This document shows positions 8,621 through 18,458 of a stretch of 62,961 nucleotides of DNA, piece by piece; the stretch's first letter is position 1; every line of letters starts with the position of its first letter. Source of the DNA: Thermotogota bacterium (GTDB taxonomy: Bacteria > Thermotogota > Thermotogae > Petrotogales > Kosmotogaceae); NCBI GenBank assembly GCA_034660555.1, contig JAYEJL010000044.1:1-62961 (forward strand), read 5' to 3'. Below the pieces are notes generated by a model that was not told the origin of the DNA, made no database searches, and worked only from the letters and a program-made list of their open reading frames with translations. The position numbers and the translations under genes were made by a program.

Positions 8621-9643
8621 GTGAAAATAGGAATCCTTACAGGTGGAGGAGACTGTCCTGGTTTGAACGCAGTTATCAGAGGTATAGTTGAATCTTCACC
8701 AGAAGAAGTTGAAATTATTGGTATTAAACATGGCTGGCAAGGTTTGATAGATGGTGATTATACAACCCTTAGTGATGATGATGTTGAAGGGATTCATATA
8801 ATTGGAGGAACAATACTGGGGACTTCAAGGACAAATCCTTTTAACAGCGAAGAACAAAGAAAAAAAGTAGAAGATAATATTAAAAAACTAAAGCTTGATG
8901 CGATTATAACAATAGGTGGTGATGATACATTAACTGTTGCAGCTAAGCTTGCTTCTCTTGGTTATAACGTTATTGGCGTTCCTAAAACAATTGACAACGA
9001 TGTTTCCAACACTGATTATACATTCGGCTATCATACAGCTGTTAACGTTGGAGCAGATGCAATTGATAGGTTACATTCGACAGCAAAATCTCATAACAGG
9101 ATTATTCTGGTTGAACTTATGGGAAGAGATGCTGGCTGGATAACTCTTGAAGCTGGTTTGGCAGCTGGTGCTCATTTGATTTTAATACCTGAGTATCCAA
9201 TGACCCTGGATGAAATTCTTAAGTGCGTAAATAAGAGAATGAAAGAGAAGAGTTACATGGTTATTGCTGTAGCAGAAGGTTTCAAACCCGTTGAACTTGA
9301 AAATATCATAGGCGATAAAAGCGAAATTGATGCCTTTGGTCATATTAGACTTGGGGGTATAGCGCATTATCTATCCGAAATAATTAATGACAAGACAGAT
9401 TATGATACTCGATCAGTTGTCTTAGGTCATCTTTTACGAGGAGGAACGCCTACAGCTTTTGATAGAATTCTGGGAACTAGATATGGCGTTCACGCTATGA
9501 AGCTGGTTTTGAGTAAGGACTTCGGTAGAATGGTAGCATTAAGAGGAAATGCAATAGTATCCATACCAATCGATTATGCTATAGCAACAAAGAAATTTGT
9601 ACCATACGAGTACTACAAACTTGCTGAAATCTTCTTTGGGTAG
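8621..9643 (+). CDS. pfkA: 6-phosphofructokinase (PfkA family), probably pyrophosphate-dependent
   Basis: TGGGDCPGLN, GGTILGTSR, GGDDT, PKTIDND and ELMGR motifs. Confidence 0.9.
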   Translation: MKIGILTGGGDCPGLNAVIRGIVESSPEEVEIIGIKHGWQGLIDGDYTTLSDDDVEGIHIIGGTILGTSRTNPFNSEEQRKKVEDNIKKLKLDAIITIGGDDTLTVAAKLASLGYNVIGVPKTIDNDVSNTDYTFGYHTAVNVGADAIDRLHSTAKSHNRIILVELMGRDAGWITLEAGLAAGAHLILIPEYPMTLDEILKCVNKRMKEKSYMVIAVAEGFKPVELENIIGDKSEIDAFGHIRLGGIAHYLSEIINDKTDYDTRSVVLGHLLRGGTPTAFDRILGTRYGVHAMKLVLSKDFGRMVALRGNAIVSIPIDYAIATKKFVPYEYYKLAEIFFG

Positions 9644-9652
9644 TGATTTTTA

Positions 9653-10168
9653 ATGGAAGAACACTCTATTTATGTTGAGTGGGCCTGGAAAGTGCTTAAG
9701 GAATATTTTTATAAGGGAAGACTGCCGGACATCGAAAGTGGTTTTCATGATGATTTAAAAAAGAAAGCTGGATGTTTTGTTACTCTGCACAAAAAAGATG
9801 GTTCTTTAAGAGGATGTATAGGTACTATAACCCCTACTAAAGAAACATTGGCAGAGGAGATTAGAGATAACGCTATTGCATCTGCTTTGAGGGATCCTAG
9901 ATTTCCAATTGTCAAAAAGGAAGAACTTGAAGAGCTTGTGATAAACGTTGATGTACTGGAAAAACCTAAGGAGACAACTGTCGATGAACTAGATCCCAAA
10001 GAATATGGTGTAATCATTGAAAAGGATTGGAGAAAAGGTGTTTTGCTTCCTAATCTTGAAGGTGTTGATACTGTTAAAAAACAGCTTTCAATAGTACTTA
10101 GAAAAGCCGGTATTAGCCCTGAAGAAGATTACAAAATCTACAGGTTTAAGGTTAATCGGTACCATTAA
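9653..10168 (+). CDS. amrA: AmmeMemoRadiSam system protein A (AMMECR1 domain)
   Basis: GCFVTL, LRGCIG, A..DPRF and GVLLP motifs. Confidence 0.9.
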   Translation: MEEHSIYVEWAWKVLKEYFYKGRLPDIESGFHDDLKKKAGCFVTLHKKDGSLRGCIGTITPTKETLAEEIRDNAIASALRDPRFPIVKKEELEELVINVDVLEKPKETTVDELDPKEYGVIIEKDWRKGVLLPNLEGVDTVKKQLSIVLRKAGISPEEDYKIYRFKVNRYH

Positions 10169-10182
10169 ATGGGAGGGATCTT

Positions 10183-11175
10183 ATGAAACCGGCTATCTAT
10201 TTTGATGAATTAGAAAATTCTATGCTTGAGTGCCTATTATGTCCACATCATTGTAGGATAAAGCCTGGAGATGCCGGTATATGTGGTGCAAGAATAAATA
10301 GAAATGGCATGCTGTACTCTTTGAACTATGGTGAATTGACCTCAATAAGTATGGATCCTGTTGAGAAAAAACCGTTCTATCATTATAGACCAGGTAAATC
10401 TGTGCTTTCTGTTGGATCCTGGGGCTGCAATATGAAATGTCCTCACTGTCAGAACTGGGGTATAGCAACAAAAAGACCAAGGCATATTCAACTGGTAAAG
10501 CCAACACAATTATTGAGGATAATAGATAGTGAAGATTCATGGGGTGTGGCTTTCACATACAATGAACCAACTGTTTTTTTTGAATTTATTCTCGATACAG
10601 CGAGAGTAGCAGCCAAGACGGGTATTGAAACATTGTTGGTAACAAATGGGTACATAGAAAGCGATCCTTTAGAATTGCTTATTCAATCTGTAAGTGCAAT
10701 GAACATTGATTTAAAAGGCTGGAATGATGATTATTATCTTAAAGAACTGGGAGCAAAAAAAGAGTATGTTTTAAAAACTATTGAGAGAGCTGTGGAAGTG
10801 GGTGTTCATGTTGAAATTACCACACTGATAGTTACAGATAAAAATGACTCACTGGAAGAGTTAGAAGAGGAATTCAAATGGTTATCTTCCCTTTCAAAGG
10901 ATATTCCACTTCATCTGACACGTTATTATCCTGCGCATAAAGCTGAAATGCCTGCTACTAATGTCAAACTGATGAAAGAAGCCCATAAAATAGCTAAAAA
11001 ATACCTCAATTATGTTTATCTTGGCAATATTCCTGAGATGGAGGAGGGAAATACGTACTGTCCGGAATGCGGAGCACTTCTAATTAGAAGAAAAGGTTAT
11101 AATATTGAGTTAGAAAAGCTGGATGAAAAAGGCAGGTGCACTGAGTGCGGAAAAGAGATTCCAATAATCTTGTAA
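10183..11175 (+). CDS. amrS: AmmeMemoRadiSam system radical SAM enzyme
   Basis: N-terminal CxxCPHxC..C, DPVEKKP, CxxxCxxC (CNMKCPHC), TYNEP, YLGN and C-terminal CxxC pairs. Confidence 0.9.
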   Translation: MKPAIYFDELENSMLECLLCPHHCRIKPGDAGICGARINRNGMLYSLNYGELTSISMDPVEKKPFYHYRPGKSVLSVGSWGCNMKCPHCQNWGIATKRPRHIQLVKPTQLLRIIDSEDSWGVAFTYNEPTVFFEFILDTARVAAKTGIETLLVTNGYIESDPLELLIQSVSAMNIDLKGWNDDYYLKELGAKKEYVLKTIERAVEVGVHVEITTLIVTDKNDSLEELEEEFKWLSSLSKDIPLHLTRYYPAHKAEMPATNVKLMKEAHKIAKKYLNYVYLGNIPEMEEGNTYCPECGALLIRRKGYNIELEKLDEKGRCTECGKEIPIIL

Positions 11176-12182
11176 ACAAGGTAATTGTTTATAGCCTTCT
11201 TCTAATAACTGCAATCAGTGTTTTATTGTATATTTACTTCAGCAATGAAAAACCTCTTTATTACAAAAGAACTGAATATTTCCTTGGAACTTATGTAACT
11301 GTTAACATTGCATCTGAAAAGATTTCTTCTGTTGAACTCGCAAGCAGTGCTTTTCAAGAAATAGCTAGAATTGACTCAAAATTTAAAAAAAACAGTAAAA
11401 ATATGAAATCAATAAACTCATCGGAGGGAAACTGGGTTTTTGTTGATGAAGAAACACTTAGTATGATAGAAGCCTGCTTAGAGGTTTCAGATAATACTGA
11501 CGGAGCTTTTGATCCAACAGTTTATAGACTAGTTGAATTATGGGGCTTTGCATCCGCTGATTCAACACCTTCTATTCCTTCAAATAACAACATCGATGAA
11601 GTGATGAATACAGTCAGTTACAAAAATATAATAATGGATAAAGATAACAACAGGATAAAGCTATTAAATAATACTATGATTGACCTTTCCGGAATTGCAA
11701 AAGGATATGCAGTAGATAGAGCTATAGAAGTAATAAAGAGTATGGATCCCGGTGCTACCGGTTATATAGATGCAGGTGGAGATATTGGCATCGTCGGGCC
11801 GAAGTATGGTGAAAGACCATGGGTAATAGGAATTCGACATCCGAGAAGTGCCAGCGCTGATAATGCGATAGAATATCTAAAAATGTATGAAGGGGCAATT
11901 GCTACTTCAGGAGACTATGAACGTTATTTTATAGAAAAAGGAATTCGTTATCACCATCTTATAGATCCAAAAACTGGAAGACCAGCAAGAAATAATACAG
12001 TAAGCGCAACGGTAATTAATAAGAGCGCAATGTTAGCTGATGCCTACGCAACAGCTGCCTTTATAATGGGAAAGTCACCCGGAATAACTTTTTTACCCAG
12101 ATATGGCTCACTGGTTTTGCTGGTTCAGGAGGATCTAAGCATTTACAAATCGCCCGGTATAGAAGGCTATATTGGAAAATGA
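11145..12182 (+). CDS. apbE: FAD:protein FMN transferase
   Basis: N-terminal TM anchor, GAFDPT, DLSGIAKGYAVD, DAGGD, ATSGDYE, HHLIDP.TG, ADAYATA. Confidence 0.92.
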   Translation: MRKRDSNNLVNKVIVYSLLLITAISVLLYIYFSNEKPLYYKRTEYFLGTYVTVNIASEKISSVELASSAFQEIARIDSKFKKNSKNMKSINSSEGNWVFVDEETLSMIEACLEVSDNTDGAFDPTVYRLVELWGFASADSTPSIPSNNNIDEVMNTVSYKNIIMDKDNNRIKLLNNTMIDLSGIAKGYAVDRAIEVIKSMDPGATGYIDAGGDIGIVGPKYGERPWVIGIRHPRSASADNAIEYLKMYEGAIATSGDYERYFIEKGIRYHHLIDPKTGRPARNNTVSATVINKSAMLADAYATAAFIMGKSPGITFLPRYGSLVLLVQEDLSIYKSPGIEGYIGK

Positions 12183-12538
12183 AACTAATAGGGAAGTATG
12201 ACTGGTTATTAATAGTCTTTGTTGGATTTTTGATTTTAATTACTCTGCTGCCCTTTAGCAATGGATCAAATTACAATGCTTTTGTGTATATCAATAATGA
12301 AATGACCTACAAAATTGACTTGACTAAAGATGGTACATATTTAGTTAAGGAGCATGTAGTTGTTGAAGTAAAAGACAAAAAAATTAGGATGAAGGAATCT
12401 GACTGTCCCCAGCAACTTTGTGTGAAAATGGGATGGATCTCAACACCGGGTGTACCGATTGTTTGTATTCCAAACAAAGTAATGATTATCATAGAAGCTG
12501 ATCCCAATAATTTGGATTATGACGTGATTACTCAATGA
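12179..12538 (+). CDS. NusG domain II-containing membrane-anchored protein
   Basis: N-terminal TM helix plus SDCPQQLCV..G.I......IVCIPN motif. Confidence 0.85.
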   Translation: MKLIGKYDWLLIVFVGFLILITLLPFSNGSNYNAFVYINNEMTYKIDLTKDGTYLVKEHVVVEVKDKKIRMKESDCPQQLCVKMGWISTPGVPIVCIPNKVMIIIEADPNNLDYDVITQ

Positions 12539-13038
12539 AAACCAAAGAAATAACATTACTATCGGTCTATATTGCAATGGGGAGCGTACTTTATTTTTTG
12601 GAGACTTTTCTCCCTTTGCCCAGTATCATTCCTGGTGGAAGATGGGGGTTTTCAAATCTTGTTTTACTAATTGCATTGCCCAGGTTTTCCTTAGGTAATT
12701 TGCTATTTATTGCCATTGGTAAAAGTACTATAGGAAATATATTATCGGGGAGATTGATGACGCCAGGTTATGTAATGGGACTTGGGGGAGCAATGGTTGC
12801 GGTTTTAGTTATGTGGTCCCTTTACAGATCGAAAAAAGATTTTGGATATTTGGGAATAAGCTTAGTTGGAGCCCAGGCAAATAATTTTTTTCAGTTACTT
12901 TTTGCGGGAGTTTTCATAATGGGCACGTTTAGGGTCATAACTGTATTTCCTTACTTTGCATTGGTTGGAAGTATTTCGGCTGTAATTAACGCTATTGTTG
13001 CGCATAGGATTAGAATGAAAAGCGGTGATATTTTATGA
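12535..13038 (+). CDS. Gx transporter family protein (heptaprenyl diphosphate synthase component I-like)
   Basis: E...P.P...PG.+.G.SN motif, about 5 TM helices, canonical position after NusG-II. Confidence 0.8.
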   Translation: MKTKEITLLSVYIAMGSVLYFLETFLPLPSIIPGGRWGFSNLVLLIALPRFSLGNLLFIAIGKSTIGNILSGRLMTPGYVMGLGGAMVAVLVMWSLYRSKKDFGYLGISLVGAQANNFFQLLFAGVFIMGTFRVITVFPYFALVGSISAVINAIVAHRIRMKSGDIL

Positions 13039-13646
13039 AATTAATACTAGCTTCCACCTCACCAAGAAGGAGAAAGCTCATAAAGTTATTGGGATTGCCA
13101 TTTGAAAGTGTTTCACCGAAGAACGTGGAGGAACACTTTGACTCTTCCAAGATTTCCATTTTGTTGGAAGAATTGAAGGAATTGTCAAGAAAAAAAGCGA
13201 TGAGTGTTAGTGATGATTATAGTGAAGATATTGTTATTGGAGCAGATACAATTGTTGTACATAATGATAAACTACTGGAAAAACCCACCGATGCAGATGA
13301 TGCTATCAAGTATTTGAAAAGTCTATCTGGAGATACTCATAATGTTTATACAGGGGTCACACTGTTAAAAAGCAACAAACAGATTTCGTTTATTGAAAAA
13401 ACATCTGTTACGTTTAGAGAAATTCCGAATGAAGTTATTAGAATATATGTGAGAACCGGTTTGCCGCTTGATAAAGCCGGTGCCTATGGAATTCAGGATT
13501 CTGGAGCTTTATTTGTTGAAAAGATAACAGGCGATTTTTATAATGTTATGGGTTTTCCTGTGGGAAAAATTTGGGAATATCTTTTGAAATGGGGTGTGGC
13601 ATTTGACGAAGAAACAACCTGGTCTTCCAAGGGAGAAATTTTTTGA
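13035..13646 (+). CDS. maf: Maf-family nucleoside triphosphate pyrophosphatase
   Basis: LILASTSPRR, GADTIV, EKP, DKAGAYGIQ. Confidence 0.92.
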   Translation: MKLILASTSPRRRKLIKLLGLPFESVSPKNVEEHFDSSKISILLEELKELSRKKAMSVSDDYSEDIVIGADTIVVHNDKLLEKPTDADDAIKYLKSLSGDTHNVYTGVTLLKSNKQISFIEKTSVTFREIPNEVIRIYVRTGLPLDKAGAYGIQDSGALFVEKITGDFYNVMGFPVGKIWEYLLKWGVAFDEETTWSSKGEIF

Positions 13647-14313
13647 AAAAGGCCCAGCATCGCTATCTGATTATGAATTGGTTGCTATATTACTAAGAAC
13701 AGGAACGAAGGGGACGAATGTACTTGAGTTATCCAAAAGGATTCTCGAAAAATATGGCTCTTTGACTCATTTGCTAACAGCAGAATGCGGTGAACTTGCT
13801 GAAATAAAAGGACTTGGCATTGCTAAGGCTGTTAGTTTGAAGGCTGCTTTAGAAATCGGGAACAGAGTGTTCAAGGAATTGGTTACCAGAACAGATTTAC
13901 CACTTAAAGAACCTAAAAGCGTTTACTACTTGTGTCACGATATGAGCTTCTTGGATAAAGAGGTTGTAAGGGTTATATCTCTTAACAATAAGTTAAACTA
14001 CTCTGGAATGGATACAATAAGTGTTGGAATTGTTGATGCGTCGTTATTACATCCTCGAGAGGTTTATAGACCGGCTATCACAAAATCTGCTTCAGCGATT
14101 ATCCTGGTTCATAATCATCCTTCTGGAATACCCGATCCTAGCACAGAAGATGTTGAGATAACAAAAAGACTTTCTGATTCTGGTGAAATGCTTGGTATCA
14201 AGATGGTCGATCACGTTATAATTGGTAAGGGTAAATGTTACAGTTTTGCAGCTGACAAACAATACATCGTTCCGGAGGTGAAAGAAAGTGATTTCGAGAG
14301 AGAAGGCATATGA
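13603..14313 (+). CDS. radC: RadC/JAB domain protein
   Basis: PREK...G...LSD.EL.AILL.TG, HhH (GLG.AKA), HPRE, HNHPSG..PS.ED, DH; follows maf. Start TTG 13603 or GTG 13594. Confidence 0.92.
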   Translation: MTKKQPGLPREKFFEKGPASLSDYELVAILLRTGTKGTNVLELSKRILEKYGSLTHLLTAECGELAEIKGLGIAKAVSLKAALEIGNRVFKELVTRTDLPLKEPKSVYYLCHDMSFLDKEVVRVISLNNKLNYSGMDTISVGIVDASLLHPREVYRPAITKSASAIILVHNHPSGIPDPSTEDVEITKRLSDSGEMLGIKMVDHVIIGKGKCYSFAADKQYIVPEVKESDFEREGI

Positions 14314-14836
14314 GTTGGTGAAAGAAAATATTAGACAGAAAAATCTTATTAAACATGTCCTGGCGGTTGAGAGTGTCATGAAGGCACTTGCAAGGAAATT
14401 AAATCAAGATGAGGAAAAATGGGGATTGGCTGGGTTGTTACATGATCTTGACTATGAAGAAACGAAGAATGATTTCGAAAATCATGGTAAAAGAACCGTT
14501 GAGATGCTTTCTGAATATGATGTTCCTGATGACATAAAGAATGCTATTCTGGCTCACTGTGAAAAGAAGGATAGAGAAACCTTAATGGAAAAAGCAATAT
14601 ACGCAGCTGACCCCGTTACCGGTTTTATTGTAGCTGCCGTACTAATAAGAAAAGGAACAACTCTTAAAGATCTGGATCTTGATTTTCTTTTGAATCGTTT
14701 TAAGGAAAAATCATTTGCAAGAGGAGCCAGTAGAGAACAGATGGAAAGCTGTAAAGATTTTGGGGTGACTCTGGAAGATTTTTTGGTGCTTTCACTAAAT
14801 GCCATGAGAGATATTTCAGAGGAGCTTGAATTATAG
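14288..14836 (+). CDS. HD-domain (HDIG-type) phosphohydrolase
   Basis: H...V..VM, GLLHDLDYE, H, AH, D, K.FA.GA.R. Confidence 0.85.
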   Translation: MISREKAYELVKENIRQKNLIKHVLAVESVMKALARKLNQDEEKWGLAGLLHDLDYEETKNDFENHGKRTVEMLSEYDVPDDIKNAILAHCEKKDRETLMEKAIYAADPVTGFIVAAVLIRKGTTLKDLDLDFLLNRFKEKSFARGASREQMESCKDFGVTLEDFLVLSLNAMRDISEELEL

Positions 14837-14848
14837 GAGGGTGCATCT

Positions 14849-15571
14849 ATGAATGTTTATAAAGAAGTTATTAGGGTCATTGAAGATTATAAAAACAATT
14901 ATTCTCCGATAAATCGGAATGTATCCGATGGAATTCAGTTAAATCAATATATCGATCACACACAGCTTAAGCCTCAAGCAACTCCTGAACAAATAGCGAC
15001 TTTATGTAAAGAAGCTATAGTCAATAATTTTAAAGCTGTCTGCGTTAACAGTTCCTATCTTCCGCTGGTTAGCGAAGAACTTGAACAAACAGAAATCAAA
15101 AAGGCGATTGTTGTAGGATTTCCATTGGGAGCAGTATCAACCAGTGTTAAAGCCTATGAAACAAGATGGGGCCTGGAACATGGAGCAGATGAGTTTGATG
15201 TTGTTTTAAATATTGGGCTTTTGAAGAGTAAAGAATATGAATACGTTCTGAAAGAACTGCGAGAAGTGGTAAAATCAGCTGGAGGGAAACCTGTTAAGGT
15301 GATAATTGAAACAGCACTATTAAACAATGAAGAAAAGATCGCAGCCTGTGTTCTTGCAAGGTTGAGCGAGGCAACCTTTGTAAAAACTTCAACCGGTTTT
15401 AGTACCGGTGGTGCTACAGTTGAGGACGTTTCGTTGATGAAATTTGCATCAGGAGGACTTAAGGTCAAAGCTTCAGGTGGAGTTAGAAACAGAGACGATG
15501 CCCTTTCAATGATAAAAGCTGGTGCTGATAGAATTGGAACAAGTTCGGGTATTAAAATTGTTGCTGAATAA
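14849..15571 (+). CDS. deoC: Deoxyribose-phosphate aldolase
   Basis: IDHT.LK, VGFPLG, KVIIET, FVKTSTGF, KASGG, RIGTS. Confidence 0.95.
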   Translation: MNVYKEVIRVIEDYKNNYSPINRNVSDGIQLNQYIDHTQLKPQATPEQIATLCKEAIVNNFKAVCVNSSYLPLVSEELEQTEIKKAIVVGFPLGAVSTSVKAYETRWGLEHGADEFDVVLNIGLLKSKEYEYVLKELREVVKSAGGKPVKVIIETALLNNEEKIAACVLARLSEATFVKTSTGFSTGGATVEDVSLMKFASGGLKVKASGGVRNRDDALSMIKAGADRIGTSSGIKIVAE

Positions 15572-15592
15572 AAATATACATGTTGCGGGGGG

Positions 15593-16228
15593 ATGAAAAT
15601 GGATCTGTGTACATTGAGTGTTAAGGACTTCTTAAAAAAGGTTGCAGAAAAATCTCCAACACCTGGAGGCGGAGCAGTTGGAGGAGTAGTAGCAGCATTA
15701 GGAGCTGCATTGGGAGCAATGGTTTCACGCTTGACCATTGGCAAAAAAGGTTACGAAGATGTAGAAGGTCGTATGGAAAGCGCACTTGAAACAATGGAAA
15801 ATGAAATAAGTTATCTTTCTGATCTTGTGAACAAAGATGTCCAGGCTTTTGATCAAGTAATGGCAAGTCTTAGAATGCCAAAAAACACTGAGGAAGAGAA
15901 AGCTACGAGAACAGTAAAGATTCAACAAGCTTTAAAAACTGCTATTGAGGTTCCTTTTGATCTCGCTAGAAGATGTAAGAACATTATCGTAGCTCTTGAA
16001 AATATAGCTAAATGGGGCAACTTAAACGCAATTTCAGATGTTGAATGTGCAGCTCATTTATTAAAGGCTGTTTATTATGTAGCTCGATCAAATGTAGAGA
16101 TCAATATGAAAACGCTTAAGGATAAGCATTATAATGAATGGATACATGAAGAGATGTCTCAACTCGAGAATCAAATAAATAAAAGTTTTGATCGTATAAT
16201 TGAAGTTATTGAGAAAAGGAATGCTTGA
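15593..16228 (+). CDS. Cyclodeaminase/cyclohydrolase family protein (formiminotetrahydrofolate cyclodeaminase C-terminal-like)
   Basis: SPTPGGG, MV.RLT.GKK, D..AF, N..SD, NV.IN. Confidence 0.85.
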   Translation: MKMDLCTLSVKDFLKKVAEKSPTPGGGAVGGVVAALGAALGAMVSRLTIGKKGYEDVEGRMESALETMENEISYLSDLVNKDVQAFDQVMASLRMPKNTEEEKATRTVKIQQALKTAIEVPFDLARRCKNIIVALENIAKWGNLNAISDVECAAHLLKAVYYVARSNVEINMKTLKDKHYNEWIHEEMSQLENQINKSFDRIIEVIEKRNA

Positions 16229-17342
16229 ATTTGAAGTATTAAGCAGGGACAAAAAAACTCGTGCCAGACGTGGCAAAATTATCACCAGAAAAGGAAGTAT
16301 TGAAACACCTGTATTTATGCCGGTTGGAACAAATGGTACGGTAAAGGGTTTATGGCAACATCAGTTACTTGAAATAGATACGCAAATTATATTGGGTAAT
16401 GCTTTTCACTTGTACCTGAAACCAGGACTGGATGTTTTAGAACATTTTAACGGTTTGCATAAATTTATGAACTGGAGTAGGCCCATCTTAACTGATAGCG
16501 GAGGATTTCAGATTTTCAGTATAAAAGAAAAGAAAGTAACTGATGATGGAGTTATTATTAAATCCCCGCTTGATGGTAGCTGGAAAAAAATAACACCAGA
16601 ACTTTCAATGAAAATCCAGCAGGTTATTGATAGCGATATCGTTATGGTTTTTGATGAATGCTTGCCTCCAGAAGTGGATAGAAGTTACGTTGAAGAATCT
16701 GTTAATAGAACAACAGCATGGGCAAAGCGTTGTTTGAATGTTCACGATAAAGAAAGGGCAATTTTTGGCATTATTCAGGGAGGATTTTATAATGAACTGC
16801 GCGAGAAGAGTGCCAGAGAAATAACATTTCTTGATTTTGATGGATTTGCAGTAGGTGGGTTAAGTGTCGGTGAAGATTTTGATATTACGAGTGAAATTTT
16901 AAGCTTTACTGTGGATTTTCTACCCGATAGTAAACCGAGGTATGTAATGGGTATTGGTAGTCCAGATCTAATTATAAATGCTGTTGATAACGGAATAGAT
17001 ATGTTTGATTGTGTTTTACCTACAAGAATTGGACGGCATGGAACGGCGTTAACATGGAATGGTAAAGTGAATTTAAAAGCTGCCAAGTATAAATATGATG
17101 AAAGACCTGTAGATCCAGAATGTAATTGTCGCGTTTGTAGAAACTATTCCCGGGCATATTTGCATCATCTATTTAGAAGAGAAGAATTATTGGCTAAACT
17201 AGCTTTAAGTTATCACAACACTGCTTTTTTAAACGAGTTTACACATAGAATTAGAAATGCTGTTGATAGGAATCAATACAGTGAGTTTAAGAATGATTGT
17301 TTGAAGAAGGGATTAATTGGATCCAGAGTTATCAAGTATTGA
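16221..17342 (+). CDS. tgt: tRNA-guanine(34) transglycosylase
   Basis: ETPVFMPVGT, TDSGGFQ, FDEC, GGLSVGE, DMFDCVLP, Zn site CxCxxC...H. Confidence 0.95.
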   Translation: MLEFEVLSRDKKTRARRGKIITRKGSIETPVFMPVGTNGTVKGLWQHQLLEIDTQIILGNAFHLYLKPGLDVLEHFNGLHKFMNWSRPILTDSGGFQIFSIKEKKVTDDGVIIKSPLDGSWKKITPELSMKIQQVIDSDIVMVFDECLPPEVDRSYVEESVNRTTAWAKRCLNVHDKERAIFGIIQGGFYNELREKSAREITFLDFDGFAVGGLSVGEDFDITSEILSFTVDFLPDSKPRYVMGIGSPDLIINAVDNGIDMFDCVLPTRIGRHGTALTWNGKVNLKAAKYKYDERPVDPECNCRVCRNYSRAYLHHLFRREELLAKLALSYHNTAFLNEFTHRIRNAVDRNQYSEFKNDCLKKGLIGSRVIKY

Positions 17343-17365
17343 AGAAAAATTGCGAGGTGTTTGCT

Positions 17366-18223
17366 GTGAAGAAGATCATCGCTATCTCTATTTTGATAAT
17401 GACTGTTTTATCTGTTTTTGGGCTTGATCCATTTCAGACCCAGACGGGAGGCAATTGTATTCTTGCGACAGATTATTGGGCGGCCTACGGTAGCCCTTCG
17501 GATCTTTATGGGATAGAATACAATGGACTTTCGGTGCAACTTTATCAGGGAGTAAGTAATTATGCCACTACAACTGATCCAGGAGATTTGTATTTTTATT
17601 TGTATGATTCTTCAAGTTCTGGAATGGCGGGAATTCTCGAATTTTCTATGGACACTGAAGAAATAAGAGATAGTAGAATATTCAGCTACGCAGTATCAAC
17701 TCGGTTGTCTGAGTTGACTAAAATGGGGGGAAAAATATTAGTTGAAAGGGAGAATAAATTAAATTTCCCGGACAATACGTACTGGTTAACGTTCACTGGT
17801 GGAATTACCGGTAAGGGATTGCCATATCTTGACTATGTAATATTTGTAGATAGCGGTTTGCTTTGGAAATCAGGATCATCTTCAACAAGTGATTTTCTGG
17901 ATGTAATGCTCGGGACCCGTTTTACATTTGACAAGTTCAAATTTGGACTGGAAATTGGAACCAGAGATGGTATGGATGTACTTTATGGAGGTTTATCCTC
18001 GGAATTTGGTTTGTTTAGTACTCTTCAGGCAAGGGCTGGAGTAAGCGTAAATACAAAAACAACGTGGGATATTTTTGATTGGCTTATCGGTGGTGGCTTT
18101 GATCTGAAGGTTGGCAACATGATCTTTAGTATTGGTGCAGGAACCAATTTAAGTAACAATATCTCAGAAGGAAGAATGAACATGAAGCTCATGCTGAGTG
18201 GAATGTTTACAGGTATTTGGTGA
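17366..18223 (+). CDS. Exported hypothetical protein, probable outer-membrane beta-barrel
   Basis: GTG 17366 after GAGGTG; signal peptide (V/M)KKIIAISILIMTVLSVFG; Gly/aromatic-rich alternating beta-strands; ends in ...MFTGIW. Confidence 0.6.
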   Translation: MKKIIAISILIMTVLSVFGLDPFQTQTGGNCILATDYWAAYGSPSDLYGIEYNGLSVQLYQGVSNYATTTDPGDLYFYLYDSSSSGMAGILEFSMDTEEIRDSRIFSYAVSTRLSELTKMGGKILVERENKLNFPDNTYWLTFTGGITGKGLPYLDYVIFVDSGLLWKSGSSSTSDFLDVMLGTRFTFDKFKFGLEIGTRDGMDVLYGGLSSEFGLFSTLQARAGVSVNTKTTWDIFDWLIGGGFDLKVGNMIFSIGAGTNLSNNISEGRMNMKLMLSGMFTGIW

Positions 18224-18333
18224 GGTTATTTAGAGATTTTTCTTAGTTTAATTGAATTATAGATCCGAAATATCATTTCCTATATCAAAATAAACCCTGT
18301 ATCGCATTATTATTCAAATTAGCATTTCTAAAT

Positions 18334-18360
18334 AAAAAAGCACCCTTTTAGGGTGCTTTT
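18334..18360. terminator. Bidirectional Rho-independent terminator
   Basis: AAAAAAGCACCC-TTTTA-GGGTGCTTTT directly after the tRNA-Gly 3' end. Confidence 0.85.
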
Positions 18361-18434
18361 GGAGCGGAGGACGGGATTCGAACCCGCGACCCCCTGCTTG
18401 GCAAGCAGGTGCTCTACCACTGAGCTACATCCGC
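18360..18434 (-). tRNA. tRNA-Gly(GCC)
   Basis: GCGGATGTAGCTCAGTGGTAGAGCACCTGCTTGCCAAGCAGG...GGTTCGAATCCC...CCA; anticodon GCC. Confidence 0.95.
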
Positions 18435-18458
18435 AAATATCCTTCAAGAGTGACGTTC

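Noticed and set aside
13603..14313. radC as a marker of a mobile element
   Set aside because: It is full length with an HhH region and sits in the usual chromosomal maf-radC context.
15154..15744. 196-aa minus-strand ORF (likewise 57910-58422 and the many other short antisense ORFs)
   Set aside because: These are shadow ORFs opposite well-supported genes and show no recognizable motifs.
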